The notes: generated by a model not told the origin, from the letters alone. Positions 19,309 through 32,897 are shown, numbered from the stretch's first letter. The stretch is DNA of 64,000 nt from Azolla caroliniana (GCA_043228905.1 JBHGNT010000014.1:8618001-8682000); one strand, 5' to 3'. A program made the numbers and translations.

Positions 19309-20885
19309 CACACACATTAGTCCGGTATCCTGCCCAAGTTAAAGCCACATGAACCGGCAAGCCTAAACAACTGAGAGACCGAACACCTCGTAGAAAGGTT
19401 TCACAAATCCTCCCTATCCCCTTAACAAACATGCCACAGGTTTGGATCCTTAAAAGTCATGGACCCGGAACCTCACATGATACCCGAGTGACACTCCCTC
19501 CATAGTCACACCCTCAAGGTTTCTCAAAAGCTCTTAATTTCTCCAATCCCCTATCATGTTCCCCGTAGACCACCGTTCAGACCTCCCGTCCGTATGCCAA
19601 CCTAGCCACCCCACAGTTCTTAGTCATCGTCGGTATCCGAATCTTTTCCATTGATTCCTCCTTGCCCTTCCGACCTCGCGTCCCCGTCGGTTGTCCCTCG
19701 TTGCCGTGGTTTATGTTTTATTATTTGTATTATTTTTTATTATTTATTTATTTATTTATTTTAAATTTTTTATGATCTTTATTATTATTTTATTGATTTA
19801 ATTTATTTTTAATGACTATTATTTTTATTTTTATTTTTATTTATTTTTTATTTTTATGATTTTTATTATTTTATTTTCTATAATAATAATAATAATTTAT
19901 TTTATTTTATTTTATTTATTTATTTATTTATTTTCCGTGGTTTTGTTGTTTTATTTTATTCTTTGTATTATTTTTACTCCTTCTTTCTTTTTTCCTTCTC
20001 CTTTTTTCTTCTTCTTCTTTGCTCTCCCCCCACCCCCCCTCCCTCCTTTTTTTAGCACTCCTCCTTCTGCTTGTCCCCTTCCTTCTCACTACCCTCTCTG
20101 CAACACTCTTCTCCCTCTCCCCCCTCACACCATTCCTCCCCTCCTCCCCCCCCCCCTCTCTCTGTTAGGCGCCCGTGGATTCCTCCCACCCTCAACATTC
20201 CTGCCCCTACTCCACCGGTCGCCGCCTCGTCTCCTATAGACCCTGCTTTCCCACGCCTCGGTTAGGCCTTCCCCCTCCCCTCTCGTTTCGCCACACCGCA
20301 CTGCACCCCTCTCGTTTCGCCGTACCTGCACTTCGTTCCTCTACGGAGGCCATGTCCGCCGCCACGACGCTGCCCCCCTCCTCCCGTCCCTGGCACATTA
20401 CAGACCACCCAGCCACGATGTTTTACGTTTCCCCCGTGGCGGCCATAGCCGCCGCCCCTCCTCATGGCGCTGCCCGTTAACGATGCCACACAGTCCCAAC
20501 ATTTTTCGTTCCCCCCAAGGCGGTCGTGACAGTAGCCTCGTCGTTTTCACCCTCCCCACGCGAGAGGCCCAACTCCTCGAACCACACGTTGTTCGAGGAG
20601 CCCAACTCCTCGAACACGTAATTCTTAGTTGTTGAGTTACTACGTAATTAGGACTCCATTTCCCGATCTGTTTAAATAATAAATAATAAAATAATAAAAT
20701 AATAAAAAATTGAAACTACCCGAACTTGCTGATTTGTCACCAAATTTAACTATACTAATATTTTTCCTCGCAGGTTGCAAATGATGAAGTCTCCCCAATT
20801 CATCAAACTCCTCCACGCATACTACCCCGACGCAGGGTGCGGTTCCTTAGTCATTCCAGCGGTGTTCAACAACACCCGATGTACT

Positions 20886-20972
20886 TGTTGGAGACAAGGC
20901 CGTCAATGCGGAAGATCAAGTAGCATTCGATTGGAGTTGAGTACCTGCGTATGACAGTTTCCAAGATCGTGC

Positions 20973-21007
<35 letters not shown>

Positions 21008-21196
21008 GAGGCACAAAAGACTCTTTCTATTCAATAGAAACAATAATACAACCAACCTTACAAAAAGGTTACTAGGTCACTTTATATAGTGACCGACTTA
21101 GGGCAACTACCATTTATGCTAATTACACAAATGGCCCAAACTTGAGCTATACAAAGGGATAGTGTGAATACGTCCATTATACACTTGTATTCGACA
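20886..21196 (-). repeat. Copia 3' LTR
   Basis: TGTTG...CGACA; differs from the 5' LTR in (GA)n length and one substitution seen. Confidence 0.96.
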
Positions 21197-21389
21197 CTCC
21201 CCCGTAATGGGCGTATACATGGGTTATCTAAGATTACAGGTATAAACCTAGGTTCTCGGACATATCAGTTTTGTTCGAGTCGGCAGGGTCCGAAGGCAGA
21301 AGACCGGACTGGTCGGGTCGGAAGAGTTGAAGCCGATCATTAAGGAACTGATGTCGGTTGTCTGAAACCATCCTGCGCTGTGTCCGGCT

Positions 21390-24300
21390 CTAACCGGACT
21401 GGTTTGTCGTTACGCCCATCTGATGCCGAAGGGACCGAAAGCGGTCTGCCGAAAGACACTTGGTCATTCCATCTGCGACATTGTCGGTTGTGGATATTTT
21501 CTCTAGACCGATTTTCCCTGAAATGACGCAGTCCCGAACGAAGTGATATCGAACGTCGATATGTTTGGAGGCGTTGTGGTGAACCGGATTTTTCGACAAG
21601 GCAACAGCACCTTGACTGTCGCTATAGACAACTGGGGCCGAGTCATGGTCGACTTGTCGAAACGTGTGCGCCAGCCGGCCGAGCCACAAAGCTTCTTTTG
21701 CAGCGTCGGACGCAGCTACATATTTTGCTTCGGTCGTTGAGGTCGCTGTGCACTCCTGAAGTTTCGACTTCCACGAAATTGCTCCATTGCCGAATTTGAA
21801 GCAGTATCCAGTTGTTGATTTCCGACTGTCTATACAGCCGGCGAAGTCCGAGTCGGTGTAACCGACTACGCCTGAGGTTGAGTTCGGACCGAAAAGAATG
21901 TCGTGGTCTTTTGTGCCAGCCAGATATTTGAACACATGCTTGACTGCGTTCCAATGCGATCGGCCAGGATTGTGCATAAATCTGCTAACGACTCCTACGG
22001 CATGAGAAATATCAGGCCGTGTCGCGACCATCAGGTACATAAGGGAGCCGACTGCCGGTGCATACGGTACCGACTTCATATCTTCCCCCTCCGGACCGGA
22101 TGTCGGGCAGTCTCGCTGAGAGAGCCGAAGATTCATGGGGAGCGGGGTTGAAGCAGATTTGGCTGATTGCATGTTGAAGCGTTCCAAGACACGTCCGATA
22201 TAGTCGGTCTGAGACAAAAAAAGATGTCGTTTATCGCGATGCCGACTAATCTTCATGCCAAGTATGTGTCGTGCCGGACCGAGGTCCTTCATGGCAAACT
22301 TCAACCGCAATTGCCGAATGAGATCGGCAAGTTCGCCTGCGTGGCGGCCAGAAATTAGCATGTCGTCCACGTAAATGATGAGGAAGATGGGTGATCCATC
22401 TTGAGCTGTGTTGGTAAAAAGACAATGGTCCTCATCGCTTTTTGAGAAGCCGATCGATTGGATGAAGTCGTCGAACTTCTTGTACCATTGTCGCGGTGCC
22501 TGTTTGAGGCCGTATAGACTCTTCCTGAGTCGGCAGACTAGATGTTCTTGGCCAGTTGCCACGAAGCCTTTTGGCTGCTCCATATAAATTTCCTCTTCAA
22601 GATCACCATGGAGGAAGGCTGTTTTGACATCTAGCTGAATCAGCTCCAAGTTGTCGGCTGCCACTACGCCGAGTAGAAAACGAAGGGTTGTCATTTTCAC
22701 CACTGGTGAAAAAATCTCGTCGAAGTCGACGCCATATTCTTGTCGGAAGCCCTTCGCAACTAATTTGGCCTTGTACTTTGGGGTGGTCGAATCAGACGTC
22801 TCTTTTAGTCGATAAACCCACTTGCAAGGAAGAGCACGTCGATTCTTAGGTAATTCGACCAGATCCCAAGTCTTGTTTGCCCGAATGGAGTGCATTTCCG
22901 ACTCCATCGTCAGATGCTAGGTGGCTGAATCGACAGATGTCGATGCTTCTTCGTAAGACGTCGGTTCGCCGGCGTCGGTGAAGAAAATTCCAGGAGAATA
23001 CCTCTCCTGAGGTTGCGACAGTCTCTCGGATCGTCGAGGTATGATTGGACTGGTCGTATCGGGTATCGAGGTCGGATGGTCCGAAAGCGAATCATTCGGC
23101 TGTGCCGAGTCAGAGTTGTCCGAGTCGGTAGTGTAAGGTTCAGCTACCCGTGAAGCTGACCGTGTGTTAAGAGCGGGGCCTTCTTGAAGGGTCGGCACAT
23201 CGGAAAATGTTACCCTTCGGACTTCGATCGGTGTTTCGACTGATGGATTCATAGCCGACTCGTTGAACACAACGTCCGAACTTCGAACGATTTGTCTGCG
23301 TTCGGGGTCCCAGAGTCGGTATCCCATTTCGCTGTCTGATCCATATCCAAGGAAAATGCATTTCCTGGACCGAGGTGCAAGTTTTCGGCGATCATCTTTC
23401 GGAATAAGGGCGTACGCCTCGCATCCGAAGATCCTCAGCTTGTCGTAATTCGGCTTACTGCCGATCCATAGTTCCTGAGGAATTTGAAGTCCTAGAGGTC
23501 TACTTGGCGACATATTGATTATGTGTACTGCCGTGAGTAGAGCCTCTGCCCAGAAGCCATCCGACAGTCTGGAGTGTTGGAGCATGGAAACTATCCGTTC
23601 TTGGATTGTCTGATTCATGCGTTCTGCAATCCCGTTTTGCTCCGGACTGTGTGGTGCCGTAAATTCACGTCGGATGCCGCGTTGTCGGCAGAATTTGACG
23701 AATTCTTCTGATTTGAACTCTCCCCCATTGTCGGTCCGAAAGCATTTCAGTTTTCGGTCAGTTTGATTTTCTACCATAGCGAGCCAATCGGAGAAGATCG
23801 AGAAGACACGATCTTTGGTGCGAATTGGATAAGCCCACACCTTTCGAGTCGAATCGTCAATAAAACTGACGAAGTAAGAGGCACCGCCGAGAGACTGATG
23901 CGGCATTGGGCCACAGACGTCCGAGTGGACTAAATCGAGAGGTCTCGTTTCTCTTGGTGCTGATGTCGGGTGTGATGCGGCTGCTTGTTTGCCATACTGG
24001 CAATGTTCGCAGAATTGATGGTCTGAGAAGGAGAGTTTAGGGATGTATCCGGCTCTAGATAGGTGCGTAATGCCGGTCTTGCTGAGGTGTCCTAATCTTC
24101 TGTGCCATAGTGATGACACAGGAATATCCACCAAAAACAGGTTACCCTCTCTGAGCGTAACATGTAACGGATACAGTGAGTGTATCTTGGGTCCTCTAGC
24201 AAGCAGGAGGTTCCCCCTGTGGAGTGTCCACCCTCCCGAAGAAAAACCGGCACGAATGCCGTCCTCATCTAGTTGTCCGACTGAGATCAATGGCCTTGAG

Positions 24301-25424
24301 AGCTCGGGTACATGTCGGACATTGTGAAGTACAAGTGTAGAGCCACCTGCAAGGTTGAGCTCTACTGTGCCGATTCCAATGATGTCACAGTGTTGCGAGT
24401 TGCCGACTCGAACTGAGTCGGAGTGACGGATCGTATATTGCCGAAATTGGGATCGATGAGGAGTCACGTGAAATGACGCGCCCGAATCTAAGAGCCATGT
24501 GCTCGATTCTTCAGTCGTGAGCAGAACTTCTAATCCGACTGGATCTTCGATTGATAGTATATTCGGGTCGTTTGGTAGCACATCAGCTGAGAAGCTGACG
24601 TAATTGATCTCCTCATGCCGGCCACTCTTCTTGTCTGATTTCTGAGACTTGTCGTTCTTGTTCTTGAGTGCGCGGCAGTCGGCTTTGATGTGTCCGGGTT
24701 TCTTGCAATAGTTGCAGATTCGATTATCCCGTGACTGGCTCCATCTTCGCTGATTGTTCGGCTGCCGTGAGGAATCTCTTCCTCGTATGTTCGATCGGTC
24801 TGTCGAACCTTGTACTACATAAGCGTCGTCTGTTGAGTCTTTGGCGAAAGACTTTCTCCGAGCTGCTTCGGTCAGGATTGCGCTCGTGACTTCGGAGTAT
24901 TTAACAGCCGTGGTTGACGCGTTGCACATAGTTGTGACAAAAGTTTCCCATGATGAGGGAAGGCTGCTCATGAGTATCATTGCTCTGAGTTCATCCTCGA
25001 TTGCCGTCCCCTGAGATGAGATTTGGGAGCTTATGCTTTCGTACTCATTGAGATGTGCTTGAACCGAATCTGATTCCTTCATCCGCAGGTTGTAGAGGCG
25101 CCGGATCAGAAACATCTTCGTTGCAGCGACCTTCTTTTCGTAGGTGTCCGACAGTGTTTTCCACAGTTCGAATGCTGTCGTACACGATTGCACCGTAAAG
25201 TATACCGATTCCGATAGGTGCATCCGAATCGTGGCGCGGACGATTCTGTCCAGCTTCTGCCACTTAATTGGTTTGTATCCTTCTGGAGGTTCTTCATTTT
25301 CGATGGGATCGATTTGCCCCTTGACTATGAGATAGTCCTGCATTTGCTCCTTCCAGAAGTTGAAGTTCGATCCATCGAACTTTCGTAGACTCATTTCTGA
25401 CGAGCCGGATGTTGATGCCATCAA
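21390..25424 (-). pseudogene. Copia gag-pol (gag, PR, INT, RT, RH) with one in-frame stop at 22917-22919
   Basis: CNYCKKPGHIKADC, LDSGAS, WHRRLGH..CEHC, TDNGGEF, FDEIFSPVVK, YVDD, KHIDVRYHF; the two track ORFs share a frame (SAT*HLTMESE). Confidence 0.95.
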
Positions 25425-26118
25425 ATTTGGTTTCGGTTGACGAAGCTCGGTTCGGAGTTGACTGCGAACCTTGTTGGAGTGCAGCCGGTTGGCTCACCCG
25501 ATATCGTTCTAGTCGGATTTGGACCCGAGTCGGTTCGGCTTCGGATATATGTATTGTTGAACTTGCTCGAATTGACTCCGGTAACTTGAGGGACAGAACC
25601 GACTGGTCTTCCCGAATGTTGCCGAGTCGGAGTGAGCCCGGTTCGCTTCCGAATATATATGCCAAATACCGATTATTGAAACCGATTGTCTGGACCGATT
25701 CTGCTTCGGGTGACTGCAGCGAGGAGAGAGACGGATCCAACTGATCCTCCCGAATGTCGATCAGCCGGATGAAGCACGAATTTGGGTTGTTGTCTTGAGA
25801 CTGATCTGCACCGAGTGGTTACAATGAGCGGCGAGCAGCGTTTGATGACCTCTTCGGATGCCGTTTAACCGAGTGGAGCACGATCGTGTCAATGTTGCAC
25901 AAGGGGATTTCACCTCGAGCGGTTACGATCACAAGGAACAGAGTACAACCGGCTGGCTTACTCCAGGCGAAGATGATCTAACGCGATGAGATGCAAGCCT
26001 CGTTTTTCTTCTTCTCCTCTCTTCTTCGAATGACGCAAGAAACCGAATGCTGTGCAGGCTGAGACGACGGCCGACAGCGGGATGAAGGACCGAATACTGT
26101 GCAGGCTCTGATACCAAA

Positions 26119-26421
26119 TGTTGGAGACAAGGCCGTCAATGCGGAAGATCAAGTAGCATTCGATTGGAGTTGAGTACCTGCGTATGACAGTTTCCAAGAT
26201 CGTGCACAGAGAGAGAGAGAGAGAGAGAGGAGGAGGCACAAAAGACTCTTTCTATTCAATAGAAACAATAATACAACCAACCTTACAAAAAGGTTACTAG
26301 GTCACTTTATATAGTGACCGACTTAGGGCAACTACCATTTATGCTAATTACACAAATGGCCCAAACTTGAGCTATACAAAGGGATAGTGTGAATACGTCC
26401 ATTATACACTTGTATTCGACA
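26119..26421 (-). repeat. Copia 5' LTR
   Basis: Repeat of 20886-21196, adjacent to the iMet PBS. Confidence 0.96.
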
Positions 26422-29400
26422 GTACTTACCGGGTCCCCACGGCCGCCACGCAGCTCAAGTACCTTGAACCCGACGTGTTCGCCACCCTCTCACGACTTGG
26501 CCTCAAGTTCTTCCTTGGGATCGGGCCGTGGGGCGTCCTACCCGAACTGGTCAACAGTTTCCTCATCGGGTACAACCCCGATACGGGCCACGTCGATATG
26601 CAGCCTTTCGCAGACTCCCCCCCGTCGCATTCCAGTTCACCACAGCCGATGTTTGTGCTATGCTGCATTTACCACTCGAGGGCGCCCCCTTCCGCACCAT
26701 GAGGACCCCTGGGGTTGTCCCCGGCATCATTCCAGCCGCCTACGCTGAATATTCTAGACGCGAAGGTTGGCGTTACACCGAAATCCCTCTCCATCTCCAC
26801 GACCGTTGTAGCGCAATTGCCCAAATCGGCGACACCTTATCTACCGATGCCACCGCTCGTATCACCGGTGAGTACCTCAAGTGGGCACATGATCCGCAAC
26901 CAGTCCAGTGGGCTCACGAGCTTGTCCGCTGGGTCCGAGAATGGCACACACGGCCCAAATCGACTGTCAATTTCGCGTGGTTCCTCACCCGCTACTTGTG
27001 CGCAAAGTTCAACATCGGACCCCCAGCCCCTCCCTTCGTACGTTGCCAAGAACGCTTCTGCAAGATCACTGTTCCAGGCCAACTCGAGCGCCTTCGCCTC
27101 CCCGAATGCGACTTCTTACGACAGGTACACCACGGCGAACAAGCACGACCACCGGCGCACAAACAACCCCCGATCACCCATGTGTCAACCGAAGCTAACC
27201 TCGACACCCCTGAGGATATCACAAATCATGTCAAGGAATTCCAGACACATGAGTTCACCCCCACCGAAATCCAAGCCTTTTCCACTACCTTCCACTATGT
27301 GTCACATCAGAACACAACCACGACTCCGCGTACCTGCAGCTGCACCACTAAGTCAATCTTGCGTGACCAACGGAACCTGCCAACCCCGCCTCGCCCCACC
27401 TCGCCAACCCCTCTACCCCACGAACCCTCTCCCCCCGCCCCAGCCACAACTACCCCGCCTTTCCCGTCCACCACCACCGACGACACCCCGCAACCCCAAC
27501 CCCATAAACTCGCCCGCCACACCGCTCCTGACACCGAAAACCCCGACCGGCCCTCGCCCGCAACCCTGACAGTTCCCCTCCAACCCACCATCGCCCCCGC
27601 CCTGATGGCAATCCCACCACCGCCACCCCCACTCCCAACCTCCGTGCCTTGCTCGACCTCACTCACTACAGTTACTACTCACCCTACCCCCTCCCTCGCC
27701 GTTACCCCCAAACCCTTAACGGACATGGTGGCCGACCTCCTCAAGATGACTGCCGTCGTGAATCGTCGCCTACTTCAAGTTTATGCACAGGCACAACAGA
27801 CTGCCACCGACCAACACGAGACCTCTACACGGAACGAGATCTTGGCCGCCGAGGTATGGAGCGCCCTCCATACCAATGCGTGCCAAGCGGTCGCCCATGA
27901 CCTCCTCAAGCAAGAACTGTTGACAACGCAAACCCGACACCAACAACTCGCTGACGAATTCCAACAAGCTTGGACAACCTGGCACCACGACCAGGAACGC
28001 ACAGCGCAAACACATGCCGAACTTTCAGCCGAGTACGTCCGCCTCACCACCCAACACCAACTAACCGAGGCCCGCCTCGTAGCCGTGCCGGCTGATCTCT
28101 CTGAACAGTCCGAGGCCCTGGCCGCCGCCATGGCCACGACTCACCAACTCACGAGTGAGATCACCATCCTCAAGGTTGAACGAGACGCCATGGTCCACCA
28201 AGTCGAAGTCGCCAATGAACGGAACCGATGTCCCCTCATCAAACAATGCCGCCAATGCGCCAACCTCAAAAAGGACATCCTCTAACTCCGCACGTCCAAA
28301 GCTGCCCTTGAACACACCCTCACCCCCGGCGTGACGGACCCCTCCACCGTTCAGACCCCTCTCCTTACCCCAACTGGCTCTCCGAATATGATCCAGGCAC
28401 TCTCGGTGTACGTGACCTCGACCTCCCTGCTCTCCAAACTTTTCACTGCACCACGCACATCACGCAGCCTCCTCATCCAAGCAATGTGCGTCCTTCGGTC
28501 GTTAGCCACCACACGTCGCGTATTCTTTGACGACACCACACCCCCAGACCGGCAGACCTTCATCCGAGTACTCCCCGAAGACAACCACGCCCTTGCCCTC
28601 TTCATGTTGTACCAGGAAGCCACCGAAGAACCTGCTCCCCCAGCCGGCGACCTCTTCCCCCAACACCTCCCCATTTTTTTCCTCGAAGGTATGGCCTACC
28701 TTCACACCGCCCTCACCCCCGACTTAGACATCTCCGACCTTATCTATTTCACCTACCCTTCTGATGTCACAATGCAAGTCACCGAAGACCAGCTAGCCCA
28801 CCTCTTCGCAACACTGGTGCGCTTACACCACATCGCCGACACCCTCACCCACACCCTATTGGAAAACACGACCTACATACCCCCTTTCGGTTTCCTCTGG
28901 CTAATACGCGCTTGGCAAACCACCTGGGACGTCGAGGTTCGTACTCACATATTCAGCATCGAATATGCCACATTCAACTGGCCCGCCGACCTCGAGGCTG
29001 ACGACATACCAGAATTAGCCCTATACCTCGATGTCTCCCGCGAGTATCAACTCATGACGTTCAATGAGGCTCGTGCTCGTGCCCTCCTACCCCCGCACCC
29101 CCTGCACCCCCTGCACCCCCCCGGAGATCGACCTGGACTGGGACCACGACTCACCTGATGAACCCGACACCCAGCCGCCTCCTCGCCCTCACCCTCCCTC
29201 CTCGCCGCCTCCAAGCCCCCCCCCCCCACCCCCACCACCTACTAGCCCACTTCCCTTCCCCCCTCACCACTCACCCCCACACCCTCACCTCAACGAACAC
29301 CGCGTCCCCGACCACACACATCCCATGTTCGGTGACAACCCCTTTCGCACACCCCCCTTGGCTCACCCCCTTCCCCCCCCGCACCACCCGACCCTTTCCC

Positions 29401-30667
29401 CCTCCACACACGGGTCGTCACCCACCCCGGTCGGACATTCACGGAGGCCATCCTCCGCAAAGCTCTCCCTTTCAACCACCCCCTCGCCCACCTCATGCTC
29501 CACCAACAACTACCCCCCCCATCTTCACTACACCTCCTTTACTCCACACCCCGAGCGCCCGATTTAACGGTGCGGCCTTCTACGCCGATTTGGTTGACCG
29601 CGACCAACTCACCCACGGCCTCCAAACCGCCCTTGATTGCATCGAAAGTGGTACTAGTTGGGACACTCGTCTTGACAATCAGTCTGCCGCCCCCATTCCC
29701 TGGGAGTTCGACTTCTGCGAGACCCCCCTACTCCTCACCCGCCTCTACACCTATTACCCCGAAGTCGCCTCCGAACCCCAAGTTGACATCTTCCTTTACC
29801 CCCATGTTTACCGTGATAAGATGTCTACTTGGGCAGTTGCAAACCCCACCCCCACTCGAGGGTGGCACCACCCCGTCGCCGACCCCCTCCTCGAACCTCC
29901 TGGCACCCAACCCCCGTGGCGTCTCCCTTGGTTCGCACACACATCCTTCCGCGAATGGCTCACCCTCCACCCCCCCAAACTGTGCACCGGCCCCACCTTT
30001 TTTCCCCTCCCTCGTCGTTGGCCATGGCACGATTTCCGCACCGCCCAGGCACGCCTACCCACTCTTCAATTCAACTGGCCGTTGTTCCCCCGACCCCCGC
30101 GCACATCCCTGACCGAACCCGGCATGATCCGGGTCATGCGAAGATTCCTACATACATACCTCGACGTCCCGGACCCCAACATTCAAGCCAGCCTTTGTTT
30201 TCTTCAACTTCTACTCATTCTCCTTGACTTTGGCCCGTACGAAGCCCCCCCCCTTCCAAGGCACAACCACCCAGCGTGGGGCCTCGCCTTCGATTTGAAC
30301 AAAGGTCCAACTCGCCGCCAACTAGTCGGCCTTTGGACCTGCGTCAACATACTCCCCGCCACCTACAAAAAGGATTTTGAAACCATGATCGACACATGTT
30401 TTTTCCCCGCTTACATAAGCTTTAGTCGAAACCCCCCTTCTCCCTTCGCCGCCCCACAACACCTGCACCTGGCTCACCGGCCCCAAGAAAGATTTCTTCA
30501 CAACAACCGACCAACTGCAGGAAATCTAGCTCCCACCACTGAACATCCGCCGTCTTCGCCATCATCTCCGCCGCCACCCGCCCCCAGCCGAACCCCCCTA
30601 CTCAATTCTACTCACCCCCGACGCCCAAAGCTCCCCTCCCACAGTGCACTCATTAGGTTGGGGGGGA

Positions 30668-31235
30668 TGTTAAGCGTTGGAATAACAACACAACCAGTCA
30701 CGAATAAGAACGCATCAACAAGGACGTAGTACGAAGAGGAAACGACAAGAGGAAAGGAAAGGAAAGAGACGGTCAAGTGTGAAAGGCCCATACCCTAAAC
30801 GTGAAAGCTATATAAACCACATAGTAGTGGCTTTGTGGGGGTTCTCCCATTTGTAAAGATCTCCTATTGATTAGAGCTAGAGCTTCCTCTCCTCCTTCTT
30901 GTAACCTTTGAGCTTAAGAGAGATTAGTGAGGTGTTTCGTTAGAGAACACTAATCTCTCTCCTTGTTGGTGCTAGACCTCTTAGCAAAGAGGATTAATAA
31001 TAAACATACTCTTCCATCTTATTGTCTATAGCTATTAATCTATTGTCTATGAGAGGGAGCTTGAGAGAGTGAGAGAGATATCGTGCTTAATCATTTACTA
31101 ATCGTTAAGTGAGTGTGAGGCTCGGAGGTATCTGACAACCATCTCCGCCTGATTCGCCATCAAGAGGGTATACGTCGGTCCAAATCCCGCCACGACATCG
31201 AGGAGCTTATTCCATCAATACATAGATCCTTAACA
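30668..31235 (+). repeat. G3 3' LTR (568 bp)
   Basis: TGTTAAG...CTTAACA inverted ends, preceded by PPT AGGTTGGGGGGGA; CTATATAAA at ~30808 and AATAAA at ~30999. Confidence 0.85.
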
Positions 31236-31858
31236 CCCTCATGTCCCCCACCTTAGCCAAGTCCAGGTGGCCCTCAATCAAGTGTAGATGGTCCTCAGTC
31301 CACAAGAGCGATTAATCTCTATCCGCCTATAACCCTCATGTCCCCCACCTTAGCCAAGTCCAGGTGGCCCTCAGTCCACAAGAGGGATTGATCTTTCTCC
31401 ACCAATTGATCTTTCCCTGATCCCCTTCTGACATGATTGTCATGATAACACTCACATCATGCATCGAAAGGATCATGACACTCACATTATGACTCAAAGG
31501 ATTTGAACCCACGACCTTGTTGTACATATGTCAAATCCTTAAACATTGTATTAGTATTCTTATATGTATAGTTTTTAGAATATGAAATCTAATATCATAG
31601 GAATATTCTATATTACTCGACATTCTAGAATGACCTAGAATATTCTAGAGTGTTCTATACCACTAGAACCTTCTAGAATACTCTAGAAATCATCTAGATT
31701 ACTCTACATTCTAGGATAACCTAGAATATTCTAGAGTGTTCTCTATTACTTATAAATAGGGATCTACCACTCATCCCAAACCTAAATTAGTTCAACGCCA
31801 TTTTGTAGCCTACTCTTTGTAATCCATTTTACTCTTCAATATAGTAATTCTCTTTCAA

Positions 31859-31902
<44 letters not shown>

Positions 31903-31985
31903 ACAACGATAGTCCTCCTGTCCCCAACCTTAGCCAAGTCCAGGTGGCCCTCAGTCCGCAGGAGGGATTGATCTCTATCCGCCAA
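31236..31985. repeat. Three copies of a ~65-bp unit (TGTCCCCCACCTTAGCCAAGTCCAGGTGGCCCTC..) at ~31236, ~31334 and ~31916
   Basis: Direct repeats visible in the sequence. Confidence 0.8.
31529..31905 (+). repeat. Probable solo LTR
   Basis: TGTCAA...TTGACA ends, TCTAGA-rich U3, TATAAATAGG, (CT)n; flanks ACATA/ACGAT are not a clean TSD. Confidence 0.5.
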
Positions 31986-31989
31986 TTGC

Positions 31990-32500
31990 TAGCTCATTTT
32001 TAATCACTTGCCCCATCCAACTATTATCTGATCAGGGCCGCCAAATCCACAGGGATGTTCGCAACGTCATTGTAGCTCAACTAAGTGTCCAACAGGTGTT
32101 TAAGTCCCCATACCATCCTCAAACAAAATGCCTCACCGGACGCCTCAACAAGACCCTCAAAAAGGAGATTGCCGCTTACATCGATCCATGTCACAAAACT
32201 TGGGATCAAATCTTGCCTTTCGTCACCCATGCCTACAATACATCAATATAAGGCGTCGACACGGATCAACCCTTTTCGAGCACTCTATGGGCGTAACCCT
32301 CGTCTCCCACCAGAATCGTCCATTGATGTCCATTCGACACCTGCCCACATGGATAGTGCCACTTGGGAGCTCTATCTCCAACAGATGCTCCCCCTCCTTT
32401 GATAAGCCACTGCTCCTGCTCCTATTACTGTTCCTATTCTTGTTCTTGCTCCTACTCCTCAGTCTCTTGTTTCTCTCAGGGGGGAAATGTGGTGTGCATA
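31990..32500 (+). pseudogene. Decayed Gypsy integrase fragment ending in a PPT-like AGGGGGGAAA-TGTGG
   Basis: LLSDQGRQ, YHPQT, LNKTLK, WDQILPFVTHAYNTS, NPFRALYGRNPRLP. Confidence 0.7.
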
Positions 32501-32897
32501 TGTTCCTTTGTGCCACCCTTTTAGCACACCCTTTTTAGCTAAGCCAACCCAAATTGGTACCTTTGTATCAACTAAAAATTGAGTAAGAAGTAAGAAGCTA
32601 ACTAGGCTGGTTTTGATCTCTTATGTGCATTTCACATAATGTAAATGTAAAAGTATTCGTTTTATTTTTAATAAATAAATAATTCCCCCCTTTTTGTTCT
32701 CCTAAATTCTATGGATATTTTTATCTAGGATTAAAAATGGAACTTCACACTAATCATATTTCTTTAATAAATATAAAAATATTGGTTTTTTCAAAAATAA
32801 ATAAATAAATAAAGGTTCATAAACTCCCCCTTTTTTATTCGACACTATAAAGGAGACTAAATACTAATCATATTTTTATTAAGGAATGGGCTATTTG

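Larger units (their letters stand above)
20886..26421 (-). mobile_element. Full-length Ty1/Copia LTR retrotransposon (Tnt1-like), young
   Basis: LTRs 20886-21196 and 26119-26421, TSD GTACT, PBS TGGTATCAGAGCC (tRNA-iMet) 26104-26116, PPT 21197-21208. Confidence 0.97.
20781..30729 (+). pseudogene. G3 long accessory ORF (Transposase_32/PMD-like N-terminus, Pro-rich linkers, coiled coil), split by Copia insertion
   Basis: ATG 20781 MMKSPQF..NTRCT joins in frame across the GTACT TSD to YRVPTAATQ..LGLKFFL..PELVNSFL; continues in 26528-28285, 28331-29158 (same frame, one TAA) and 29158-30729; branch point and AG acceptor at 20755-20773. Confidence 0.65.
17225..31235 (+). mobile_element. 3' part of a large plus-strand Ty3/Gypsy element (G3); 5' part displaced left of the window by G1
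   Basis: Integrase remnant from 17225, extra ORFs, PPT at 30655-30667 and LTR 30668-31235. Confidence 0.8.

Noticed and set aside
19710-20490. Hydrophobic or Pro-rich ORFs 19856-20239 and neighbours
   Set aside because: Translations of low-complexity T-rich and C-rich tracts.
20575-20616. 10-bp hairpin CTCCTCGAAC/GTTCGAGGAG with an adjacent direct repeat
   Set aside because: Single short instance with no second copy to test conservation.
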